A stretch of 5,863 nt of DNA, taken from positions 1 to 5,863 of the IMG/VR virus record IMGVR_UViG_3300018486_000129. One strand, 5' to 3'. Of the stretch, positions 1 to 5,141 are shown piece after piece. The notes below the pieces were generated by a model. The model saw nothing but the letters and a program-made list of their open reading frames with translations, made no database searches and had not been told where the DNA came from. Source of the DNA: a virus (lineage: Duplodnaviria; Heunggongvirae; Uroviricota; Caudoviricetes). Made by a program: the position numbers and the translations under genes. Every line of letters begins with the position of its first letter. The first letter of the stretch is position 1.

Positions 1-158
1 ACAATCTCATTCAGGCACTCTTTGGCTGCCTCATCGTGACTTTTTCCGTATGCTTCATGGAGGACTTTCATCCTCATCATTGCTCCGTCACACATAATCG
101 AAAGCGCGTAAAGCACATCACTAATCGCCATTTCTTTTTTGGTGCTTGTCGAAGGCAT
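1..158 (-). CDS. Hypothetical protein, 5' part only (runs off the left edge of the window)
   Basis: Minus-strand frame open from ATG at 158..156 to position 1 (MPSTSTKKEMAISDVLYALSIMCDGAMMRMKVLHEAYGKSHDEAAKECLNEI...). GGAG at 170..167 lies 8 nt upstream of the ATG. Below the ORF-track length cut-off because it is truncated. Confidence 0.3.
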   Translation of the reverse strand, partial: MPSTSTKKEMAISDVLYALSIMCDGAMMRMKVLHEAYGKSHDEAAKECLNEI

Positions 159-183
159 CCCATGTTCTCCTTTGTCTGGATGT

Positions 184-209
184 AAAAAAGCCCCGGCAAT
201 TGCCGAGGC
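184..209 (-). terminator. Rho-independent terminator ending the 89-aa/66-aa operon
   Basis: Minus-strand RNA GCCUCGGC-AAUU-GCCGGGGC followed by UUUUUU (plus-strand A-run 184..189). 8-bp GC-rich stem with one U.G wobble that would be a C.A mismatch on the plus strand. Sits 24 nt downstream of the stop at 233. Confidence 0.55.
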
Positions 210-232
210 TCGTTGTTCGTTATCGTTACGGT

Positions 233-433
233 TTAATGCTCGCGTCGTCCGGCGACAACTTCGGATTTGTATTTCAGGTCGCCCAGCAAGAATTGCAGTT
301 TAAGCATCTTTGCCGCCGTGTAGTTTCCTGATTCCACAACCTCTTTCATGAGGTCATAAACGGCCGCAACATCATCAGCCAGGAACTCTTTGCGTTGCTG
401 CTCAGTCGCACGTTTGAAGGAAATACGCATCAC
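233..433 (-). CDS. Hypothetical small protein (65-66 aa), second gene of a coupled pair
   Basis: ORF-track frame 233..433. AGGAG at 445..441 precedes GTG 433 (7-nt spacer) and ATG 430 (10-nt spacer). The ATG overlaps the upstream TGA stop as TGATG. No family recognised. Confidence 0.5.
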   Translation of the reverse strand: MMRISFKRATEQQRKEFLADDVAAVYDLMKEVVESGNYTAAKMLKLQFLLGDLKYKSEVVAGRREH

Positions 434-699
434 TCATCATCTCCTGCCGCACATACAACCTCACAAAAAACATCAGCGGAATGTTTCTTTTTGAATGAAT
501 GGCGCTCAAAACCGCACTCAATATCAGGCGCAAAAACATCCACCACATACGGTCTTTCAGAATGTTTGTTTTCCCAACGATAAACCGTAGTGACGTTGAA
601 ATGTTTTAACGCTTCACGGAACTCAACGCTGCCCGTCAGGTTTTTTGAGGTCAGGTATTGCAGGAGGTTTTTTACTACTTCACGGTCTTGTACTTTCAT
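430..699 (-). CDS. Hypothetical protein (89 aa), first gene of a coupled pair
   Basis: ORF 430..699 with GGAG about 8 nt upstream of ATG 699. Stop overlaps the start of the 66-aa gene. No family recognised. Confidence 0.5.
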   Translation of the reverse strand: MKVQDREVVKNLLQYLTSKNLTGSVEFREALKHFNVTTVYRWENKHSERPYVVDVFAPDIECGFERHSFKKKHSADVFCEVVCAAGDDE

Positions 700-749
700 C
701 GGGTTATCTCCGGTTTAACCAGGGCGGGTATCGCTCGGTTTCGGGTATA

Positions 750-778
750 ACCATAGGAAATTTTTTCCCACCTGTAAA
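750..778 (-). promoter_or_regulatory. Candidate sigma70 promoter for the 89-aa/66-aa operon
   Basis: Minus strand reads TTTACA (778..773), 17-nt spacer, TATGGT (755..750), about 45 nt upstream of ATG 699, inside an AT-rich intergenic stretch. Hexamer match by eye only. Confidence 0.3.
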
Positions 779-794
779 GCACTTTTTATATAAA

Positions 795-808
795 TATATA
801 ATTATATA
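795..808. repeat. Perfect 14-bp AT-only palindrome TATATAATTATATA
   Basis: Read directly; it is its own reverse complement. Lies just after the methyltransferase stop and 16 bp upstream of the candidate -35. A related 12-bp copy is at 1930..1941. Confidence 0.6.
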
Positions 809-811
809 ATT

Positions 812-1399
812 CTATGCCACTTGCCAGAGAGCATCATGCAACTGGATACCTCCATTGCACTGGTTGCCCCAGCCATGCCAACCATCAGGTAAATCACCGC
901 GAGCAAACAGCTCAATACGAGGAACATCACCTAACAGCCTTACCAGCTTGTCACGAACCACATCAGGCTTCCGAGAATGCTCCAGACGAGGCGATGTAAA
1001 CGACTGAATGATCCCCGCATCAAGGCGGGTCGGCAATTTGCCTTTTACCGCAAACAAGCAATCTTCACTGTTTGCACGAGTCATATGCCCCATCCCCATC
1101 ACCAGCTTATCTGGTTGTCGGCTACCACATTTGTTCCATGTGAAGCCCTTCATGGTCATAAGCCTGAATCCCCATGCTTTCACCACCAGCAACGCTTCTT
1201 CTGGCTGAGTCGGAACCCACCACATGGCCAACAAACACGATTCAGGATTAGCAAGCTGCCAGACAGGAATACGAGCAATATCCTCAGCTTTCATCGTTGG
1301 ATACTTAAAACCAGCTCCACGATTCCCATCCTTACACTTATCTTTGTATTCCCAGGGGGGATCTGCATAAATCAGATTAAACAATGCAATTGCCTCCAT
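812..1399 (-). CDS. DNA N6-adenine methyltransferase, MT-A70-like (orphan, no restriction partner in window)
   Basis: 195-aa ORF with N-terminal ADPPWEY (DPPW catalytic motif of N6-adenine methyltransferases) and overall resemblance to phage Dam/MT-A70-like enzymes. GGAGG about 10 nt upstream of ATG 1399. Confidence 0.8.
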   Translation of the reverse strand: MEAIALFNLIYADPPWEYKDKCKDGNRGAGFKYPTMKAEDIARIPVWQLANPESCLLAMWWVPTQPEEALLVVKAWGFRLMTMKGFTWNKCGSRQPDKLVMGMGHMTRANSEDCLFAVKGKLPTRLDAGIIQSFTSPRLEHSRKPDVVRDKLVRLLGDVPRIELFARGDLPDGWHGWGNQCNGGIQLHDALWQVA

Positions 1400-1642
1400 G
1401 TTAGTTGTGCCTCCGGCGCTTATCTCCGGCAGTCATAACGCTGGCCAGCTCTACAGCAAACACAACGAAAAGGGCACTAACCAGACTGATTAATGCCCTT
1501 GCCTGTTGTGTGCCGGATATCGCCCGACAACGCTGTTTTGGTAACACGGCTACAGTTCCGTGCCGCTCCAGCTTTTACCCCTTTGCGGATAACAGGCCCT
1601 GCCTGTAACTTAGCCCCACGTTCGCCCGAAATGCGCACCAGG

Positions 1643-1697
1643 CACGCATAAAGATGAGCACGAAGAAGTAACTCCACCGAGCTTATCTTTATGTGTG
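1643..1697. repeat. Long inverted repeat (17-bp stem, 21-nt loop) just downstream of the tRNA
   Basis: 1643..1659 pairs with 1681..1697; core cataaagatgagc / gcttatctttatg. Two G.T positions (G.U in plus-sense RNA). No U-run on either side, so not a canonical intrinsic terminator. Confidence 0.5.
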
Positions 1698-1706
1698 AGA
1701 GTGAAT

Positions 1707-1782
1707 TGGTGGCCCCTACCGGATTTGAACCGATGACCGTGCGATTATGAGTCGCCTGCTCTAACCACTGAGCTAAGGGGCC
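1707..1782 (-). tRNA. tRNA with CAU anticodon, most like tRNA-Ile2 (lysidine, AUA-decoding)
   Basis: Minus strand reads GGCCCCTTAGCTCAGTGGTTAGAGCAGGCGACTCATAATCGCACGGTCATCGGTTCAAATCCGGTAGGGGCCACCA. 7-bp acceptor stem, D-arm GCTC/GAGC, anticodon loop CTCATAA, T-arm ATCGG/CCGGT with TTCAAAT loop, encoded CCA. Acceptor stem GGCCCCU and anticodon arm match host ileX-type tRNA as recalled from memory; elongator tRNA-Met is not excluded. Confidence 0.9.
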
Positions 1783-1808
1783 ATATTTGATTTGTTTGTC
1801 TGGTGTGG

Positions 1809-1859
1809 CGCCGCGCACGAAAATCCCAGCCAATAAATTCAGGATTTTTGGGCGCGGCG
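1809..1859. repeat. Long inverted repeat (18-bp stem, 15-nt loop) just upstream of the tRNA
   Basis: 1809..1826 pairs with 1842..1859 (cgccgcgcacgaaaatcc / ggatttttgggcgcggcg), 16 of 18 Watson-Crick plus one G.T. GC-rich base, A/T-rich top. No flanking U-run. Confidence 0.5.
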
Positions 1860-1929
1860 GCATATCAGACAAACATGGTTGATGCGTGCGCCCATGAGAA
1901 AAGCGCATAGAATGTTGTAACTATATATT

Positions 1930-1941
1930 TATATAATTATA
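1930..1941. repeat. 12-bp AT-only palindrome TATATAATTATA, second copy
   Basis: Perfect palindrome in the AT-rich gap between the Rz1 stop (1952) and the tRNA. Confidence 0.5.
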
Positions 1942-1951
1942 GAAATATATA

Positions 1952-2161
1952 TTACTTTCGGCAGTTGATTTCCCATGCCCTGTTATGAGCCAGAATATCT
2001 TTCTTTGTCTGGCGGTCCATAACATCGATGTCGTGATCAGTCAGGTAGATGGGCTTTACCCAATCACAGGCGGTATCAACCACCACCGGGACGCTTCCAC
2101 GACTCCCGCAGCTCGCGATCAACATCGTCATCAGCCATATGGTTAACACTCTGCTGTACAT
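1952..2161 (-). CDS. Rz1-like o-spanin (outer-membrane lipoprotein), overlapping the 3' end of Rz in another frame
   Basis: 69-aa ORF MYSRVLTIWLMTMLIASCGS... with a lipoprotein-type signal peptide and lipobox IASC. Strong RBS AGAGGTGGGG about 5 nt upstream of ATG 2161. Overlaps Rz by 86 nt. Not proline-rich, so the call is tentative. Confidence 0.55.
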   Translation of the reverse strand: MYSRVLTIWLMTMLIASCGSRGSVPVVVDTACDWVKPIYLTDHDIDVMDRQTKKDILAHNRAWEINCRK

Positions 2162-2354
2162 TCCCCACCTCTTTTATCACTTCTATACGCCGCTCCGCAG
2201 TGGCTTTTACGGCGGCTGCATTCTCATTAATGCGCTGCTTTTCAGCTTCATCTTCGGCCTTTTCTCGCCCCTTCATACGACCAAAACCAAACGCGCCAAA
2301 TGCAACCAATATAATTGTGCCAATAAATGACAAAACGGCCTTCAAACCAGTCAT
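2076..2354 (-). CDS. Rz-like i-spanin (N-terminal transmembrane helix plus charged coiled-coil domain)
   Basis: 92-aa ORF with hydrophobic N-terminus LKAVLSFIGTIILVAFGAFGFG followed by a charged, helix-prone region. ATG 2354 overlaps the endolysin stop as ATGA. Sits directly after the endolysin. Confidence 0.6.
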   Translation of the reverse strand: MTGLKAVLSFIGTIILVAFGAFGFGRMKGREKAEDEAEKQRINENAAAVKATAERRIEVIKEVGNVQQSVNHMADDDVDRELRESWKRPGGG

Positions 2355-2893
2355 ACCACCACTCGCTCTTTCATCCAGCCGTAGACAAACGACTCATTAG
2401 CCTCGCGCTTCTCCGCCAACTCCAGATAGCGTTCGCCCTGCGTACAGTTCAGCGACGTCAGCATCACCCGTTCGCCGTCTTTTCCCCGATTCCCAAGATA
2501 AGCACGCAGCGCATTAATGGTACGTGGACCGATTCGTCCGTCTGCATCCAAATCGGGATACAGCTTCCCACGCAGGTTGAACACATTCAGCCAGCGTTGA
2601 AGCATTTTTGACGCCACTGTTGGCCCCATGTTGACGCCCGTGTCGCACAGTTCTGCGGCAATATCCGGCGACAGAGTTGCTATCTGGTCAAAACGTGGGC
2701 CGTACCAGTAATCAGCCTCAAGGATTTCCAGAGCCTGTTCGCGAGTTAAATCGCGCATATCGCCACGGTATCCATGAGCACGGGCAGTGTTCTGAGTAAT
2801 GCCCCACTTTGTTGGGCCTCCCTTGTCGTCAGGGTGATCCACATAGCCGCCCTCTTTTCCAAGAATGCTGTTAAAAATCTCATCTTTGGTCAT
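2351..2893 (-). CDS. Endolysin, GH108-like N-terminal domain with PG_binding_3-like C-terminal domain
   Basis: 180-aa ORF. N-terminus ILGKEGGYVDHPDDKGGPTKWGIT matches the GH108 signature and the C-terminal half resembles the PG_binding_3 peptidoglycan-binding domain. No N-terminal hydrophobic SAR segment. Start overlaps the upstream gene by 14 nt. Confidence 0.85.
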   Translation of the reverse strand: MTKDEIFNSILGKEGGYVDHPDDKGGPTKWGITQNTARAHGYRGDMRDLTREQALEILEADYWYGPRFDQIATLSPDIAAELCDTGVNMGPTVASKMLQRWLNVFNLRGKLYPDLDADGRIGPRTINALRAYLGNRGKDGERVMLTSLNCTQGERYLELAEKREANESFVYGWMKERVVV

Positions 2894-3176
2894 GATTAAA
2901 CCCTAATGCGTCAACTATCCGCGCCAGATTGCCCCTGAAATACAGAACAACGATGCAGATAATCAGATTTCCAATAACCACCAGCCAGTGGGATTCTTGA
3001 TAAAGACCGAACACATAACGGAAGGGAACATTGGCGTATACAATGACGTAGATATAAGCCAGAAAGGAAACAAATGGACGATGCCTGGAGTCTTTCCGTC
3101 GATAAAGCATCAGCGCAATTACTATTACTGTGCAAAGCACCGCATTAATCAGTGCTGACGGGTCACTGCTTACCAT
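2880..3176 (-). CDS. Small three-helix membrane protein, possible second holin or antiholin
   Basis: Three hydrophobic helices in about 98 aa. Start chosen at ATG 3176 (MVSSDPSALI...) because GGAGGGGG lies 5-6 nt upstream; the ORF-track start at 3212 has no such RBS. Confidence 0.55.
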   Translation of the reverse strand: MVSSDPSALINAVLCTVIVIALMLYRRKDSRHRPFVSFLAYIYVIVYANVPFRYVFGLYQESHWLVVIGNLIICIVVLYFRGNLARIVDALGFNHDQR

Positions 3177-3558
3177 TTGAACCCCCTCCACGTAAGCGGG
3201 AAAGCATTCCAAAGATGCTACCGAGATCCTGGCTGTTTACGAACGTGAGGATTTTAATTGTCAATGCAGCCACAATAACCGCACCAAGCGCATCCAGAGG
3301 ACGATCGTTGTAGCTGGTCCATTTGGCAAGAAATGAGCCAACTAACGGCGCTCCAATCACTCCAACAATGAACGATGTAAAGAAATAGCCAATCAGCTTG
3401 AGACGGCTAATATTCACCGCTGTAGCAACATAGAAAACAGCGCCAGCAAATGCCCCGAATACAACGCCGTAATCAATACCAGTTGCAATACCAAAAACGC
3501 TGGCACCCATCAGGCCACCAGCAGCAACGGCCGTACCGGAAATTGGTTCTGCTGACAT
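3163..3558 (-). CDS. Putative holin (131 aa, about four transmembrane segments)
   Basis: Highly hydrophobic Gly/Ala-rich helices with a short charged C-terminal tail. First gene of the lysis cassette. RBS GAGGA 5 nt upstream of ATG 3558. Confidence 0.65.
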   Translation of the reverse strand: MSAEPISGTAVAAGGLMGASVFGIATGIDYGVVFGAFAGAVFYVATAVNISRLKLIGYFFTSFIVGVIGAPLVGSFLAKWTSYNDRPLDALGAVIVAALTIKILTFVNSQDLGSIFGMLSRLRGGGSNGKQ

Positions 3559-3571
3559 TGAAATCCTCGTT

Positions 3572-3604
3572 AAAAAAAAAGCCCCGCCGAAAAAGGCAGG
3601 GCTT
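3572..3604 (-). terminator. Rho-independent terminator directly upstream of the holin RBS (tR'-like)
   Basis: Minus-strand RNA AAGCCCUGCC-UUUUUC-GGCGGGGCUU followed by nine U (plus-strand A-run 3572..3580). Stem has one U.G wobble that would be a C.A mismatch on the plus strand. Confidence 0.65.
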
Positions 3605-3937
3605 CATAAAGCAACAAATTACGCGGTAATCGCTTAACGCAGTTTTACTACGTTAAATGAAACACTACACCCAGTTACCACCTAAAACAAGGCTTCCCCA
3701 TAAAAAAACCTTCATTCTGTGGTTAACTGATCAATAAAAAAACAATACTCAACTTTTTACCAACCGAACATCCCGACCAGGACTTCCATAATATTCGCCG
3801 ATATGCCACTGCTTAAGTTGAGTAATCTTCTCCAACTTAACGCCCATAGAGTCCAGTTTCTGCCATGTTTTCGGTTGTATGTGCTTCATTACCCGCTCTG
3901 AATATCTGAATACTGCTCGTAAGCGCATGGCTTCTCA
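3605..3937 (-). promoter_or_regulatory. Non-coding leader upstream of the lysis cassette; candidate late promoter and short terminated leader RNA
   Basis: About 335 bp with no ORF of 60 aa or more on the minus strand, AT-rich in places, ending in the terminator. No confident -35/-10 pair could be assigned by eye. Confidence 0.35.
3813..3840. repeat. Inverted repeat TTAAGTTG-N12-CAACTTAA in the leader
   Basis: Perfect 8-bp arms at 3813..3820 and 3833..3840 separated by 12 bp. No adjacent U-run. Confidence 0.4.
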
Positions 3938-4129
3938 CTACAGCTTATATAAGTGGTTTTTCCAGCGGTTTTGCGCCGCGCTGCGCTTATCTTTGACTCC
4001 CTCTCTGGCAATTCCAAAAAATGAGAACAACACCACACGACGATTGCTAACTCTCAACCACTGGCTGGGATAGCAAAGCCTGTATACTCGCGAAATAATC
4101 ATCCTGGCTTTACGATTGTTGGTTGCCAT
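3938..4129 (-). CDS. Small basic hypothetical protein (63 aa)
   Basis: Strong RBS AGGAG 6 nt upstream of ATG 4129, which lies 1 nt after the upstream TGA stop. Arg/Lys-rich. No family recognised; a plus-strand ORF overlaps it, so coding status is uncertain. Confidence 0.4.
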   Translation of the reverse strand: MATNNRKARMIISRVYRLCYPSQWLRVSNRRVVLFSFFGIAREGVKDKRSAAQNRWKNHLYKL

Positions 4130-4130
4130 A

Positions 4131-4802
4131 TCACTCTCCTTTTATGCGAATGCCAGCGGCGCGCTCGGCTTCACTTTGTTCCCAAAACCACTTATGAAGC
4201 TCCATGAGCTTTTCGTCAATCGGTGCATATTTGCGATTAAAGTAGGCCTGAGCATCTTTCTCAGATTCGTCCGGCAATTCGCCTGGGCCAAACAGTGTGT
4301 TATAAATCCATGCCAGTCCGCTCTTAGCGTCGCCAGTTGCCTGCCATTCGATAATCGCAGCCTGCATGACAAGAATGTTTTTCCCGATTAATAGGTCCAG
4401 TTCTTTGAACCGGTTGCGGATGTATGCATTCTCGCTTTGTAATTTTGCGTTGCGCTTCTCTGCGGCTTCCAGCTCAACACGCAGCTTCCCTACCGTTAGC
4501 GCAATATCCTCGTTCTCCTGGTCACGGCTTTTGATGTATTGCAGGTTTCTTTCCCGTTCATCCAGCAGTGCCTGCACTACTTCAGGGTTGAAAGCTGCGA
4601 TATAACGAGCGTTGTTCTCTGCGTTTTTCTGTTCGTCGAATCCAGGCCAGTCGACAATATCTCCGTGATGATTATCTCCTGGTGTGTGCACAGCGTACGT
4701 GCCGTGTTTGCCCGGCGAAATAAATGCGACCCATTCGCCCTGTGTTGCCTGTTTTGCTATCTCACGTAGCGCCTGATAGTTAATTGCTGTGCTGTTAGTC
4801 AT
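4131..4802 (-). CDS. Ead/Ea22-like family protein (about 223 aa)
   Basis: Start set at ATG 4802 (MTNSTAINYQALREIAKQATQGEWVAF...), which has GGAGG 6 nt upstream and matches the conserved Ead/Ea22-like N-terminal motif as recalled from memory. The ORF-track start at 4847 lies inside the upstream gene. Central coiled-coil-like region. Confidence 0.6.
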   Translation of the reverse strand: MTNSTAINYQALREIAKQATQGEWVAFISPGKHGTYAVHTPGDNHHGDIVDWPGFDEQKNAENNARYIAAFNPEVVQALLDERERNLQYIKSRDQENEDIALTVGKLRVELEAAEKRNAKLQSENAYIRNRFKELDLLIGKNILVMQAAIIEWQATGDAKSGLAWIYNTLFGPGELPDESEKDAQAYFNRKYAPIDEKLMELHKWFWEQSEAERAAGIRIKGE

Positions 4803-5139
4803 TCCAGGCCTCCAGCTCGTTCTGAATCTCCTCGTCAACCTCGTCATTGGTGGCGTCTTCGTTCAGATGGTCGCGCGCCTCTTTGAGATACTGTTCACGG
4901 CGTTCGTGGTACCAGGCTGAGAACTCCGGCGACCATCCTCGATTAGCCCCCTGAAAATCTACCATCGCATTATCCTCGGCCATACGCTCGACCATGCAAT
5001 CCGCGGTGTTCAGTGCAACCTCACGGATGTACCCCCGCAGGTCGCGCTTACGCCAATACGGGCTATATTTTGAGTCGCAGCGGCCTTTAAATTCGACGGT
5101 CCAGCGACGGATGCAGCGTGCGTTAAGTGATTTGCTCAT
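4795..5139 (-). CDS. Hypothetical protein (114 aa), basic Cys-containing N-terminus and acidic C-terminal tail
   Basis: RBS AGGAAG 7 nt upstream of ATG 5139. Stop overlaps the Ea22-like start by 8 nt. No family recognised. Confidence 0.55.
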   Translation of the reverse strand: MSKSLNARCIRRWTVEFKGRCDSKYSPYWRKRDLRGYIREVALNTADCMVERMAEDNAMVDFQGANRGWSPEFSAWYHERREQYLKEARDHLNEDATNDEVDEEIQNELEAWND

Positions 5140-5141
5140 AG

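Noticed and set aside
146-331. 61-aa plus-strand ORF
   Set aside because: Spans the minus-strand terminator and the 3' end of the 66-aa gene, with no RBS.
977-1438. 153-aa plus-strand ORF
   Set aside because: Entirely antisense to the methyltransferase gene, which carries a clear catalytic motif. No RBS and a low-complexity translation.
1707-1782. tRNA as a prophage attachment site or genome junction
   Set aside because: No integrase in the window, and the tRNA is embedded between late lysis genes and phage cargo on the same strand. It is better explained as phage-encoded tRNA than as attL or attR.
1477-1908. 143-aa minus-strand ORF
   Set aside because: It reads straight through the tRNA and both flanking hairpins; the tRNA call is far stronger, so the frame is open by chance.
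2327-2611. 94-aa plus-strand ORF, and similar plus-strand ORFs at 2049..2330 and 2200..2400
   Set aside because: Antisense to the endolysin and spanin genes, with no RBS or recognisable features.
2911-3135. 74-aa minus-strand ORF in an alternative frame
   Set aside because: Nested inside the three-helix membrane protein gene in another frame, without its own RBS.
3581-3602. The same hairpin read as a plus-strand terminator
   Set aside because: On the plus strand the stem has a C.A mismatch and is followed by TTCATAAAGC rather than a U-run. Only the minus-strand reading gives a wobble-paired stem followed by nine U.
3879-4073. 64-aa plus-strand ORF
   Set aside because: Antisense to the 63-aa minus-strand ORF, which has a strong AGGAG RBS. 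Neither is certain, but the unidirectional gene layout favours the minus strand.
4142-4372. 76-aa minus-strand ORF, and plus-strand ORFs at 4116..4391, 4366..4605 and 4539..4769
   Set aside because: All lie within or antisense to the Ead/Ea22-like gene, whose frame has the RBS and the conserved N-terminal motif.
4803-4847. Longer N-terminal extensions of the Ead/Ea22-like gene (start 4847), and likewise of the ASCH gene (5837) and the three-helix membrane protein (3212)
   Set aside because: The extended starts lack an RBS or use GTG, and lie inside the upstream gene or its RBS. The internal ATGs have good Shine-Dalgarno spacing and match the expected family N-termini.
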